Part shown: positions 15,761 to 25,787 of the stretch, piece after piece | Layout of the letters: every line of letters begins with the position of its first letter | Numbering within the stretch: position 1 is the first letter of the stretch | Origin: Desulfomicrobium sp. | Lineage (GTDB): Bacteria; Desulfobacterota; Desulfovibrionia; Desulfovibrionales; Desulfomicrobiaceae | NCBI GenBank assembly: GCA_040768745.1 | Contig: JAXGMI010000001.1 | Span: 1,120,001 to 1,184,000 of the forward strand | Reading direction: 5' to 3' | DNA: 64,000 bases | Program-made: the position numbers and the translations under genes | The notes under the pieces: model-generated | Seen by the model: only the letters and a program-made list of their open reading frames with translations | The model's database searches: none | Told to the model about the DNA's origin: nothing

Positions 15761-15879
15761 GGGCGCCGGGCCCCGGGATTTTCAGGATCCGCCCGCTTCC
15801 CTGGGAGGCGGGCACCCTTTCAAAAAGAAAAAGACGGACAGGCGGCGCGGCGACGCCCAGGGTCCGCGGAGAGCGAGCG

Positions 15880-16446
15880 GTGCGATTCATCAAGACCGAG
15901 ATTCCGGACGTGATCATCATCGAGCCCCGTGTTTTTGGCGACGAGCGGGGCTTTTTCATGGAAACCTGGCAGCGCAGGGTTTTTGCGGAGAACGGCATCG
16001 ATGCCGATTTCGTGCAGGACAACCACAGCATGTCCGGTCAGGGCATTCTGCGCGGCCTGCACTACCAGATCAGACAGCCGCAGGGCAAACTGGTGCGGAC
16101 CATCGCCGGGGAGGTGTTCGACGTGGCCGTGGATCTCCGCCGGAATTCCCCGTGGTTCGGGAAATGGGTGGGGGTGGCCCTTTCGGCCCGGAACAGGCGC
16201 ATGCTCTGGGTGCCGCCGGGTTTTGCCCACGGGTTTTATGTGGTCAGCGACCAGGCGGAGTTCGTGTACAAATGCACGGACTTCTACGCCCCGGAGCATG
16301 AGCGCTGCATCATCTGGAACGATGGGGACCTGAACATCTCCTGGCCGCTGCAGGGGGAACCCGTGCTGTCGGACAAGGACAGGCTGGGCGTGCCCCTGCG
16401 CCAGGCGGAATGCTTCGTGGGCCCGGCGACACCGGTGGCGGGATAG
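15880..16446 (+). CDS. rmlC: dTDP-4-dehydrorhamnose 3,5-epimerase
   Basis: GTG start. 'FGDERGFFME', 'QDNHS', 'LRGLHYQ', 'DVAVDLR', 'PPGFAHGF'. Confidence 0.95.
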   Translation: MRFIKTEIPDVIIIEPRVFGDERGFFMETWQRRVFAENGIDADFVQDNHSMSGQGILRGLHYQIRQPQGKLVRTIAGEVFDVAVDLRRNSPWFGKWVGVALSARNRRMLWVPPGFAHGFYVVSDQAEFVYKCTDFYAPEHERCIIWNDGDLNISWPLQGEPVLSDKDRLGVPLRQAECFVGPATPVAG

Positions 16447-16488
16447 GCGCGGGGGTGTCCCCCGCACGGGGCCCGGACAGGAAACAAT

Positions 16489-17382
16489 ATGTCGATGCGG
16501 ACAGGGTTTGTCGTGCTGAATTACGGCCCTGCGGACATGGCCCTGCGGGCCTGCCGGTCCATTGCCGAGCGCGCCGGGGGCGCGAGCCTGGTCCTGGTGG
16601 ACAATTTTTCCACCGCGGAGAACAGGCGCCAGGCCAGGCAGGGGCTGGCCGACCTGGAACGGGAGGCAGGGGGAGGGATTTTCTTTCTCGGATTGCCGGA
16701 CAACCCCGGATATGGTTCCGGCATGAACGCCGGGTTGCGTTTCCTCTTTGCCCGGCTGCCCCTGGACCTGGTTTTTGCGGTGAACAGCGACATCGAGCTG
16801 CGCCAATTCGATCCTGGATGCGGAAAAAACATCGAGACACAGGAATCCCTGTACTGCGTGACTCTGCGGGAAGGGGGCAGGACGCGGATCGGAGCGAGCC
16901 GGTTCGTGCCCTGGTGCTTTGTGCGGCGCCCGGTGGACGACCCGCGGGGGCTGGACCGCGGCCCGGTCTATGCAGAGGGCTCTTTTTGGGGCATGACCAG
17001 AACACTGTTCGAGCGCACGGGGGGCTTTGCCGAGGACTATTTCCTGTACTTCGAGGAGCTCGATTTCGTGTACAGGTACAGATCCCTGGGCGGGCGTTTC
17101 CCGAAAATCGTGCATCTGCCCGGCATCGTCGCCGAACACCATCACGGTGGATCCACGGGCATGGCCCCGGGCAGCGGCCGCTCCTCCCTGGCCGAATACT
17201 GGTCGGCACGGTCGCGGGTTGTCTTTGCCCGGAGGTGGACCGGGCCGTTCCTGTGCGCAGCGATGATGTACAACGCGGTGCTGGCCCTGCGCGACCTGGC
17301 CTGGGGCCGCAGGGATCTGGCCCGGGCCGTGTGGGATGGATCGCGGGACGCGCTGCGCGGGGCGGGCGGCGTGGCCCGGTGA
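16489..17382 (+). CDS. GT2-family glycosyltransferase (rhamnosyltransferase-like)
   Basis: 'VVLNY', 'VDNFS', 'NPGYGSGMNAG', 'NSD', 'GGFAEDYFLYFEELDF'. Confidence 0.88.
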   Translation: MSMRTGFVVLNYGPADMALRACRSIAERAGGASLVLVDNFSTAENRRQARQGLADLEREAGGGIFFLGLPDNPGYGSGMNAGLRFLFARLPLDLVFAVNSDIELRQFDPGCGKNIETQESLYCVTLREGGRTRIGASRFVPWCFVRRPVDDPRGLDRGPVYAEGSFWGMTRTLFERTGGFAEDYFLYFEELDFVYRYRSLGGRFPKIVHLPGIVAEHHHGGSTGMAPGSGRSSLAEYWSARSRVVFARRWTGPFLCAAMMYNAVLALRDLAWGRRDLARAVWDGSRDALRGAGGVAR

Positions 17383-17550
17383 GCAGGCTGGTCCGGCCGG
17401 TGGGGGGCGCCTCTTTTTGTCCGGGCATGCTCCTCGCCTCCCCCGCACAGGACAAAAAAGCGCTCCCGGACGCATGGTTCGCGCCCATGGAATGGCCGGG
17501 TGGACCAGAAACCGGGCCGTGGAAATCTTGAGTCGCCCCGTGAGGTCGCG

Positions 17551-18693
17551 TTGAAAGTCGCCATTGTTCATTACTGGCTTGTGGCCCAGCGGGGCGGGGA
17601 AAACGTGGTTCGCGAGCTGCTCCGGCTTTTCCCCCGGGCAGACCTCTACACCCATGTCCTGGACCGCAAGGCGCTGCCCCCCGATCTGGCCGCAAGGGGC
17701 ATCTCCACCACCTTCATCGACAGGCTGCCCCGTGCCCGCAGGTGGTACAAGCACTACCTCCCACTCATGCCCCTGGCCCTGGAGCAGCTCGACCTGCGCG
17801 GCTACGATCTGGTCCTGTCCAGCGAATCCGGCCCGGCCAAAGGGGTGCTCACGGCCCCGGAAACGCTGCACGTCTGCTATTGTCACACCCCCATGCGCTA
17901 CGTGTGGGACATGCATCTCGACTACATGGGGCAGGCCGGCCGGATCAAAAGGTGTTTCATGGCCCCCCTGCTCCACTACCTGCGGATGTGGGACCGGCTG
18001 AGCGCCGACCGGGTCGATTGTTTCGTGGCCAATTCGCGCAACGTGGCCAGGCGGGTGCTGAAGCACTACCGCCGCGAGTCGGCCGTCATTTTCCCGCCCG
18101 TGGACGTTGACGGATTTTCCATTTCCCCGCAGCGCGGCGATTTTTATCTCATGGTCGGCCAGCTCGTGGCCTACAAGCGCATGGACCTCGCGGTGCGCGC
18201 CTTCAGCCGGAGCGGGAAGCGCCTGGTGGTCATCGGGGACGGCGAACAGATGAAGGCCTTGCGCAGGATGGCCGGGCCCAATGTCGAACTTCTGGGCTGG
18301 CAGCCCGCCGAGGTGCTGCGGGACCGCTATGCGCGGTGCCGGGCCCTGGTCTTTCCGGGCGAGGAGGACTTCGGGATCGTGCCAGTGGAAGCCATGGCCT
18401 CGGGCCGTCCGGTCATCGCCTATGGGCGGGGCGGGGCCCTGGAGACGGTCGTGCAAGGGCGCACCGGGGTTTTTTTTCACGAACAGACAGAGGAGGCCGT
18501 GCTCGCGGCCGTGGCAGAATTCGAGGAGATGGAGAACCGGTTTTCGCCCGAGGCCATCCGGGCCCACGCCCTGGGTTTTTGTCCCGAACGGTTCCGGTCG
18601 GAGATGGCCGGGTTCATCGAGTCCCGTTTCGAGGAGCATTCCCGCGCAATGAAAGAACGCCGCCTTCCGGAGGGGAGGCAGGAAGGGAAGTAG
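17551..18693 (+). CDS. GT4-family glycosyltransferase (WbaZ-like)
   Basis: TTG start with GAGG. 'KVAIVHYWLV..RGGE', 'YCHTPMRY', 'EDFGIVPVEAMASGRPVIA'. Confidence 0.9.
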   Translation: MKVAIVHYWLVAQRGGENVVRELLRLFPRADLYTHVLDRKALPPDLAARGISTTFIDRLPRARRWYKHYLPLMPLALEQLDLRGYDLVLSSESGPAKGVLTAPETLHVCYCHTPMRYVWDMHLDYMGQAGRIKRCFMAPLLHYLRMWDRLSADRVDCFVANSRNVARRVLKHYRRESAVIFPPVDVDGFSISPQRGDFYLMVGQLVAYKRMDLAVRAFSRSGKRLVVIGDGEQMKALRRMAGPNVELLGWQPAEVLRDRYARCRALVFPGEEDFGIVPVEAMASGRPVIAYGRGGALETVVQGRTGVFFHEQTEEAVLAAVAEFEEMENRFSPEAIRAHALGFCPERFRSEMAGFIESRFEEHSRAMKERRLPEGRQEGK

Positions 18694-18698
18694 CCGCC

Positions 18699-20132
18699 AT
18701 GGACCGCAAAAACGTCAAAGGGAGCAGTTCAGGCCGATTTGCCGGCCTGCGCATGTCTGTGTTGTTCCTGCTCGCGGATCTGTCCGCCCTTTTCCTGGTC
18801 TGGAGCGCCAGTGTCTGGTTGCGGCACGTGCTTGACGGCCAGTTCCCCTACGGCCTCTACTGGAACCTCGCACCGTGCCTGGCCCTTTTTCTGGTCTCCA
18901 ACGCCCTGGTGGGCCTGTATCCGGGAATTCTGCTCAGCCCGCCCGAGGAGCTGAAAAAACTGATCCAGTCCACCTCGGTCATTTTCCTGGCCCTCTCGGG
19001 CGTGGTGTTTTTGTCCAAGCAGGGCCCCCTCTATTCGCGGGCCATTTTTGTCATGGCCTGGATCGGAGCGCTCATCGCCCTGCCCGTGGCCCGGGCCGTG
19101 GCCCGGCGCATGGCCTACAGCTGGAGCTGGTGGGGGCATCCCGCGTTCATTTTCGGGGCAGGGCAGACGGGACTGGCCGTGGCCAGGGTTCTGGGCCAGG
19201 TCCGGCGCCTGGGCCTGCGTCCGGTGGCCTTCTTTGACGACGATCCGCAGAAAATCGGCACCCAGGTCAACGGCGTGCCGGTGGTGGGGCCTCTGCAGGA
19301 GGCCGGCAACCTGGCCAGCGAGTATGGTGACGCGGCCGCCATCGTGGCCATGCCGGGGATCGGTCCGGCCCGGCTGGTGGAGGTGCTCGAAGGTCCGGCG
19401 TCCGGGTTCCGGCGGCTGATCCTCATCCCGGATCTGTTCGGGGCATCCTCTCTGTGGATCTCGGCCTTCGATTTTGGAGGGATTCTGGGCCTGGAGGTCC
19501 ACCAGAAACTCCTGGATCCCCGCAGACAGTGGATCAAGCGGTGCATGGAGCTGGCGCTCATCCTGGCCTTCTCGCCGGCGATCCTGCTCCTGGGCCTGGG
19601 GATCGCCTGCTGGATCAAGCGGGATTCCCCAGGTCCGGTATTTTTCAGCCAGAAGCGCATCGGCCGCGGGGGGGAGGATATCGTCATCTGGAAATTCAGA
19701 ACCATGGTGACGGATGCGGAGGTGGTCCTGGAGGATTACCTGGCCACGGATCCTGACTTGCGCGCAGAATGGGAGGAAAGCCACAAGCTGGCCTGTGACC
19801 CCCGCATCACCCGCGTGGGCCGGATGTTGCGCAAGACCAGCCTGGACGAGTTGCCGCAGCTGTGGAACGTGGTGCGCGGGGATCTCAGCCTGGTCGGCCC
19901 GCGGCCCATTGTCTGGGACGAGGTGGAAAAGTACAGGGAAGGGTTTTCCCTCTACAAGAAGGTCAAACCGGGCGTGACCGGATTGTGGCAGATTTCCGGG
20001 CGCAGCGAGACCACCTATGCCGAACGGGTCCGGCTCGATGCATATTATGTGCGCAACTGGTCGGTCTGGTTCGATATCTATATTCTGCTCAAGACCCCGG
20101 CCGAGGTCCTGCTGGGGCGGGGTGCGTGCTGA
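18699..20132 (+). CDS. wbaP: Undecaprenyl-phosphate galactose phosphotransferase (priming PGT)
   Basis: N-terminal TM helices, CoA-binding-like middle domain, 'KFRTM', '[30 protein letters not shown]', 'KPGVTGLWQ'. Confidence 0.9.
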   Translation: MDRKNVKGSSSGRFAGLRMSVLFLLADLSALFLVWSASVWLRHVLDGQFPYGLYWNLAPCLALFLVSNALVGLYPGILLSPPEELKKLIQSTSVIFLALSGVVFLSKQGPLYSRAIFVMAWIGALIALPVARAVARRMAYSWSWWGHPAFIFGAGQTGLAVARVLGQVRRLGLRPVAFFDDDPQKIGTQVNGVPVVGPLQEAGNLASEYGDAAAIVAMPGIGPARLVEVLEGPASGFRRLILIPDLFGASSLWISAFDFGGILGLEVHQKLLDPRRQWIKRCMELALILAFSPAILLLGLGIACWIKRDSPGPVFFSQKRIGRGGEDIVIWKFRTMVTDAEVVLEDYLATDPDLRAEWEESHKLACDPRITRVGRMLRKTSLDELPQLWNVVRGDLSLVGPRPIVWDEVEKYREGFSLYKKVKPGVTGLWQISGRSETTYAERVRLDAYYVRNWSVWFDIYILLKTPAEVLLGRGAC

Positions 20133-20178
20133 GACAGCGCGGGTTGTGCAGGCCGCGGCAGCGGGGCGGGTCTGTTCG

Positions 20179-21408
20179 CTATATCCCGGCCTGCGCGGCC
20201 TGACGGGTGGCCTGCAGCATGTCCCATCCTTCCAGGAGGCCCAGGGCCAGGAAGAAGAAGGCCGAATTCCAGCTCCGGTGGAACCCGTAAACGCCGATGC
20301 CGTTGACCAGAAAGGTGATGAGGACGAGCAGCGCAGGGAACGTTTCGGGCAGGAACTTCATCCCGGAGCGGATGCCGCGCACGATCAGGGCGCCGAAAAC
20401 AGCCAGCCCTGCCAGCCCTGTTTCGCAGAGGATGCCCAGCACCATCTGGTGGGCGTTCCAGAACACGTACTGGGACCTGATGGCGGGAAAGCGGCCGGCA
20501 TTCTCGGCCAAGGCGAGGTGGGCCGCCAGGGCGTCGTGAAAGCTGTCCACCCCGAATCCGACCAGAGGCGATTTGAGAAAGATCTCCCAGGCGGCCAGCC
20601 AGATGTCGTCCCGGCCATTGAGCAGATAGCCCATGTCGGGGGATGACAGGGTTGCCATGATCCGGTCCGTGGCGAAAATGGACCCGACGCCGATCAGCGC
20701 CGCTACCAGCAGCACCAGGGCCAGGGCCAGGGGCGATTTCCTGTTCTGGACCAGGGAGTACCAGGTGGCCGCGAAGATGGCCCCGAAAAGGCCGAAGACG
20801 GCCGCTCGGGACTGGGCGAGCCAGCACAGTACGGACAATGCCGAGGCGGCCAGAAAGAGGGGCAGGGCCATGCGCCCCAGCATGAACAGGGTGCCGATGC
20901 AGATGGCCGCGCCAGTGGCCAGGAGAAAGCCCAGCCTGTTGGCCGTGCCCATGAACAGGATGAGTTTGTTGTCCGCGGTGAACAGGTTTTCGACAGGCAG
21001 GCCAGATGCGGCGTTCCAGACGGCTGTGGCCAGCGCTGCGAGCAGGATGACCGCAGGGATGAGCAGAAGCAGAAGGATGGCCCTGCGTCCCCAGACCAGG
21101 GTCGCGGCCATGCCGAAAATGAGGCACATCAGCCAGTCGAAGGTTTTCAGCCCGTTGGCATCGTATGGGCCCAGCATCCACGCCACGCCCGCGATAAGGG
21201 GGAACAGCGCGGCGAATTTGAGGGACGCTGAAGCACAGATGGCCCGCGGCAATTCCCTGTGTGCCACGGCGTAGGCCGCGCAGGCCACGAGGAGAACCGT
21301 GCGCGTCAGGTTGACTTCCAGTTCGAGGGCCAGGCTGGCCAGGAAGAGGGCGTAGGCCACGAAAAGGCCGACCGGGGTGTATTGTTTCAGAAATGTCTGG
21401 CAGCGCAT
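20179..21408 (-). CDS. O-antigen ligase family protein (WaaL/Wzy_C)
   Basis: Polytopic membrane protein. 'QSRAA', 'GRDDIW..A..PLVGFG', 'NAHQMVL..ETGLAG'. Confidence 0.85.
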   Translation of the reverse strand: MRCQTFLKQYTPVGLFVAYALFLASLALELEVNLTRTVLLVACAAYAVAHRELPRAICASASLKFAALFPLIAGVAWMLGPYDANGLKTFDWLMCLIFGMAATLVWGRRAILLLLLIPAVILLAALATAVWNAASGLPVENLFTADNKLILFMGTANRLGFLLATGAAICIGTLFMLGRMALPLFLAASALSVLCWLAQSRAAVFGLFGAIFAATWYSLVQNRKSPLALALVLLVAALIGVGSIFATDRIMATLSSPDMGYLLNGRDDIWLAAWEIFLKSPLVGFGVDSFHDALAAHLALAENAGRFPAIRSQYVFWNAHQMVLGILCETGLAGLAVFGALIVRGIRSGMKFLPETFPALLVLITFLVNGIGVYGFHRSWNSAFFFLALGLLEGWDMLQATRQAAQAGI

Positions 21409-21437
21409 GGCGGTGTCAAGGGGTGTTTGGGGGGAGC

Positions 21438-22238
21438 GTGTTCGACATAGTGACCTGCGGCGATGGCAATTATTTTTCCTTTCTAGAGCATTTCGAGGCC
21501 AACGTGCTCCACGTCTATGGCCGGTATCCCGTCATCTATGATCTCGGGCTGGAGGACTGGCAAAAGAAATCCTTGCGGAGCACGCTGCGGCAGGTCGGGG
21601 TTTCGAAGGACTATGCTGCGTACAACTCGAAAAATTTCATCAAGGCGACACACAAGCCATGGTGCTTGCGGGACTTCTTGAATGCGACGGAGAATGACTG
21701 TCTGTATGTGGACGCGGATGTCGTTTTCACTTCTCAAATCAGGGAGAGCGTGTTTTCCGGGGCCGGGATTGCACTCTGCCCGAGGCATGTCAAGGAGCGG
21801 GGAGAGCCGTATCTCGTCAACGGGAATCTCAACTCAGGGTTGCTGTATTTCAGAAACACCGAGCAGGTGAAGCGTTTTTTTGACGCCTGGATTGCAGGCT
21901 GTCAAGACGAAGACACCACGGATCAGAAGGCGTTGAGCGATCTCCTGTCGACCCAGGTCGATCTGCTCGGCGGTCCGTGTTTGCAGCATTACGGGGATAT
22001 CCCCATGCTGCTCCTTGATCCCGCTGTCTACAATGATGTGTCCTGTACGACTGGGACCCTCTTCCATTACAAAAACGCGGGGCGGAACGCGTCGGCCCGG
22101 CTGAACATGGAGCGCATGATCTCCCTGCAAAGGCGACATCCGGATCTGGTGCGTTTTTTGGTCTCCGTCCGGCGCATGCTGCTCTACTGTTCCCGTTTCA
22201 TCCTGCGCCGCGAAGTCCGGTTCATGAAGGGGGCGTGA
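21438..22238 (+). CDS. Nucleotide-diphospho-sugar transferase (GT-A fold)
   Basis: GTG start with GGAG. 'IYDLGL', 'KP', 'YVDADVV' DxD, 'LNSG', 'DQKAL'. Confidence 0.75.
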   Translation: MFDIVTCGDGNYFSFLEHFEANVLHVYGRYPVIYDLGLEDWQKKSLRSTLRQVGVSKDYAAYNSKNFIKATHKPWCLRDFLNATENDCLYVDADVVFTSQIRESVFSGAGIALCPRHVKERGEPYLVNGNLNSGLLYFRNTEQVKRFFDAWIAGCQDEDTTDQKALSDLLSTQVDLLGGPCLQHYGDIPMLLLDPAVYNDVSCTTGTLFHYKNAGRNASARLNMERMISLQRRHPDLVRFLVSVRRMLLYCSRFILRREVRFMKGA

Positions 22239-23362
22239 TGCACACGACTCCCCTGGAACTGATCTATGCCAAGAAGTTCCGCTTGCCGCACAGGTCAGCA
22301 AACATCATTCAGGGCATCAACATGGTGGCCGCCTTTGCAAGGCATGCGCCCCATGTGCATGCGGCCCTCTTTTTTTCCGATTCCATTCCTGACCGGAACA
22401 GATATCTGCGCGAGTGCTACGGGGTCGGCCTGGATGCCCTGGGCGATTCCTTCTGCGCCTCCACGCGCCTGAGGGGGATCAGGTATGGCTACTGGCTGCT
22501 GAAATGCATGCATGCCGCGCGCAATCCCGTGGTCTACACGCGTGAAAACACGGAGCTTGAGCGCGCCCTCCTGGTGCGGAGGCTGTTCAGGAAGAAGATA
22601 CGCGTCGTGCACGAGCTGCACAAGCTTGGCCGCGAAGGCGGTGGCCGGGAGGATGACGCGTTCATGTCCCTCCTCTCCCGGGCCGACGGACTGGTTTTCA
22701 TCGACGAAGGGTTGCGCGAGGACGTGTGCGCACGCCCCGGATGCCGGGTGCCATCGCTGGTCGCGCCTTCGGGCGTGAACCTGGACGCGTTCTACTCCCG
22801 GACCATTGTCATCCCCGGCCCCACGATTTGTGTCGGCTATTTTGGCACGGTCACACCGGAAAAGGGGGTGTTTCTCCTGGCCGAGGCCTTTTCCCTCCTG
22901 CCCGGGACGTACCGCCTGAAATTCGTCGGTCCGGTCAGCGACGATGTGCGCGCAGGCATTGTGCACCGTGCGGGAGAGGCGGGAGGACGGATCGAATTCG
23001 CCGGGTATGTGCAGCCGGCGGACCTTCCGGCGGCCCTGGCCGACGTGCACATTTCCGCCGTCCCTTCCGTGTCTCCGGACAAGTTCCTGTCGCCCCTCAA
23101 GCTGGCCGAGTCCCTGGCCCTGGGGCTGCCGATGGTGTGCACCCCCCTGGAGCACCTCAAGCGGCTGGTTGCCGACGGCGAACATTGCGTCTTTGCCCGG
23201 GACCTCAGCCCGCGCGCGTTTGCCGAGGCACTGATCGCCCTCGGCAGCTGCCCGGATCTCATGAACGCCATGGCCCGCAGCAACCGGTCCCACGCCACGT
23301 CTTTTTCCTGGGACGAGCGGGCCCGCAGAATCCTTGCTTTTATCGAGGGCATTGCGGACTGA
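22235..23362 (+). CDS. GT4-family glycosyltransferase
   Basis: 'YFGTVTPEKGV', 'SPLKLAESLALGLPMV', 'FSWDERA'. Confidence 0.85.
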   Translation: MMHTTPLELIYAKKFRLPHRSANIIQGINMVAAFARHAPHVHAALFFSDSIPDRNRYLRECYGVGLDALGDSFCASTRLRGIRYGYWLLKCMHAARNPVVYTRENTELERALLVRRLFRKKIRVVHELHKLGREGGGREDDAFMSLLSRADGLVFIDEGLREDVCARPGCRVPSLVAPSGVNLDAFYSRTIVIPGPTICVGYFGTVTPEKGVFLLAEAFSLLPGTYRLKFVGPVSDDVRAGIVHRAGEAGGRIEFAGYVQPADLPAALADVHISAVPSVSPDKFLSPLKLAESLALGLPMVCTPLEHLKRLVADGEHCVFARDLSPRAFAEALIALGSCPDLMNAMARSNRSHATSFSWDERARRILAFIEGIAD

Positions 23363-23403
23363 GCGATGCGATGTTGCCGCGGGGCCCCCTGCCTCGGCTC
23401 CGG

Positions 23404-25170
23404 CTAAACGTCCTGTGCGGAGCCGTTCTTTTTGAACTGCAGGTCATGGAGTCTGGCATACACGGCGCAGGTCTGCAGCAGTTGCTGGTGGGTGCCGAGG
23501 GAGAGGATGCGGCCGTGCTGCATGACCGCGATCTTGTCCGCCGACAGGATGGTCGAAAGCCGGTGGGCGATGATGATGCTGGTCCGGTTGTTCATCAGGT
23601 TTTCCAGGGCCTGCTGGACAATGCGTTCCGACTCGGTGTCCAGGGCCGAGGTGGCCTCGTCCAGGATCAGCAGCGAGGGATCGGTGAGGATGGCCCGGGC
23701 GATGGTCAGACGCTGCTTTTGGCCGCCGGAAAGTTTCACCCCTTTTTCCCCCACCACCGTGTCGTAGCCTTCGGGCAGTTCCATGATGAAATCATGGGCG
23801 TAGGCCGCCCTGGCGGCCTTTTCCACGGCCGCCAAGTCCACCCGGGGCTGGCCATAGGCGATGTTGTCCCGGACCGAGAGGTTGAAGAGGAACGGGTCCT
23901 GGGACACGATGCCGATGTTGGTGCGCAGGCTGGGCAGGGTGTAGTCGCCGAGGGGACGACCGTTCAGGACGATGCGGCCTTCCTGGCAATCGTAAAAGCG
24001 GGGGATCAGCTGGACCAGGGTTGTCTTGCCCGCCCCGCTCTGACCGACCAGGGCCACGCGCTCCCCGGCCCTGATCTCCAGATTGATGTTCCGCAGGGCC
24101 GGCTCCGAGACGCCGGGATAGGAGAAGGTGACATTCTGGAAGGAAAGGGAGGAGAACGGCGGCTCGTACTGCATGGTGCCCCCGGTTTCCTCCTGCAGGT
24201 CCGCGGCGTCCAGGATTTCGAAAACCCGCTCCGCCCCGGCCATGGCCTGCTGGATAGTGTTGTTGGCCTGGCTGATGGACTTGAAGGGGTCGTACAGCAT
24301 GACCAGGGCGGTCAAAAAGGAGAAGAACTCGCCCGGCGTGCGGTTCCCGGCAATGACCTCGCTCCCGCCGTACCAGATGACGAGACCGGCGCCCAGGGCG
24401 CCGATCAGCTCCATGATGGGTGAGGAAAGCTGGTTGTAGACATTGCCTTTCAGGCTGATGCGCACCAGCTTGGCGCTCGTCTGCCCGAATTTCTCCTTTT
24501 CCTTGTCTTCGGCGGCAAAGGCCTTGACCACGCGCAGGCCGTTGAAGCTCTCCTGCAGGTGGGACGAGATGTCCGCTATTTTCGACTGGTAGTTGCGGCC
24601 CACCTTGCGCAGCTTCTTGCCGAAATAGATGATGGGGTACACGGCCAGGGGAAAGACGAGGCAGGCCCAGAAGGCGAGCTTGGGGTCGCGGTAAATGATC
24701 AGGGCCACCAGGCCGATCATGGTCAGGGAATGCTGGATGATGCGGATGAGTTCCGGGAGGCTGGAGCTGATCAGGTTCACGTCGTTGATGATGCGGGACA
24801 TGAGCATGCCGACGCGGGTTTCGCCAAAGAAGTTCACGGGCAGGCAGATGATCTTGGCGAACAGTTCGTAGCGCAGGCGCTCCAACACCTTGAGCCCGCA
24901 GTAGGACATGAGGAATTTCTGCACGAACAGCCCGGTTCCCTTGCCGAGGAAGACCGCGATGAGGAGGAGGGGGACGACCATGAGGGCCGTGCCGTCCTTG
25001 TTGATGAAGATTTCATCCAGGGCCGGCTGGACCAGGTATGCGGCTCCGGCCGTGGACAGGGCGACCAGGCCCAGGGCGGCGAAGGCCGCCAGGATATGCA
25101 GCTTGTAGGGCAGAAAATAGTTGAGCGTGCGCTTGAGCAGGGACAGGGTTTCGACTTTTTTCAGGGTCAT
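23404..25170 (-). CDS. msbA: MsbA-like lipid A/LPS ABC flippase
   Basis: TMD fused to NBD; GQSGAGKT, LSGGQKQR, LDEATSALD, IAHRLST. Confidence 0.8.
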   Translation of the reverse strand: MTLKKVETLSLLKRTLNYFLPYKLHILAAFAALGLVALSTAGAAYLVQPALDEIFINKDGTALMVVPLLLIAVFLGKGTGLFVQKFLMSYCGLKVLERLRYELFAKIICLPVNFFGETRVGMLMSRIINDVNLISSSLPELIRIIQHSLTMIGLVALIIYRDPKLAFWACLVFPLAVYPIIYFGKKLRKVGRNYQSKIADISSHLQESFNGLRVVKAFAAEDKEKEKFGQTSAKLVRISLKGNVYNQLSSPIMELIGALGAGLVIWYGGSEVIAGNRTPGEFFSFLTALVMLYDPFKSISQANNTIQQAMAGAERVFEILDAADLQEETGGTMQYEPPFSSLSFQNVTFSYPGVSEPALRNINLEIRAGERVALVGQSGAGKTTLVQLIPRFYDCQEGRIVLNGRPLGDYTLPSLRTNIGIVSQDPFLFNLSVRDNIAYGQPRVDLAAVEKAARAAYAHDFIMELPEGYDTVVGEKGVKLSGGQKQRLTIARAILTDPSLLILDEATSALDTESERIVQQALENLMNNRTSIIIAHRLSTILSADKIAVMQHGRILSLGTHQQLLQTCAVYARLHDLQFKKNGSAQDV

Positions 25171-25787
25171 GGCGCCTTGGGGGCGGAGAATGTCACGTGC
25201 ATCTCCGAATAGAGTTTGCGGAAACAGCGGTTGATCTTGCGCCGCACAAACCAGGGGAGGCGCAGCCAGAACTGGCCGCGAAAGCGTTCGCGGCCGGTCT
25301 GGAAATCGATGATGACAGGAAAGTCCGGGGCTTTGACCAGAATGTTCCGGCGCACAATGCCGAAATGGTCTATGCTGTGGGCCAGGAAAACTTCACGGCG
25401 GATGCGGTCCAGGGTTTCCCAGAACAGGGGGGCCAGAGGCCGCGTGTTGTGTTCCAGGCTCGGAGCGACGTGCCCCAGGTCGTCGCGGACCGTGCCCATG
25501 ACCAGGGCCCGCCGACTGTCCGTGGTGGTTTCTATCCCGCGGATGGTCACGAAATGCCCGCGCAGTTCCGCAGGGCATGCGGCCATGATTTTCTGGTAGT
25601 TGGCCCACTCGTATTCCAGAAAATCCGCGATCCCGTATTTTTCGCTGACCATGGCATTGGGGTCTGGGCGATTGCCCTTGTGACGGCGCTTCGGGATGAG
25701 CACCTTGGCGCAGAGGTCAGGATGACCGCAGACCTGGCGGATTTCGCACCAGCCGCCCTGGACCAGGAGTGGTCCCAGCTCGATCAC
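25167..25787 (-). CDS. YrbL-like kinase-fold protein
   Basis: Gly-rich start, 'HPDLCAKV', 'E', 'RGIET', 'HxxxxxxNIL', 'VIIDF', basic C-terminal 'RRKINR'. Confidence 0.65.
   Translation of the reverse strand: MIELGPLLVQGGWCEIRQVCGHPDLCAKVLIPKRRHKGNRPDPNAMVSEKYGIADFLEYEWANYQKIMAACPAELRGHFVTIRGIETTTDSRRALVMGTVRDDLGHVAPSLEHNTRPLAPLFWETLDRIRREVFLAHSIDHFGIVRRNILVKAPDFPVIIDFQTGRERFRGQFWLRLPWFVRRKINRCFRKLYSEMHVTFSAPKAP

Noticed and set aside
17406..17467. Imperfect inverted repeat between two glycosyltransferase genes as a MITE
   Set aside because: Single copy, no target-site duplication seen; more simply an mRNA hairpin.
11297..18639. Very long alternative-frame and antisense ORFs (11722-15279, 11297-13636, 13793-15634, 15820-18639; likewise 29350-31452, 41846-44254, 54887-56719)
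   Set aside because: They overlap well-supported genes, show Arg/Pro/Gly-rich or antisense-shadow composition typical of high-GC DNA, and have no recognisable motifs.
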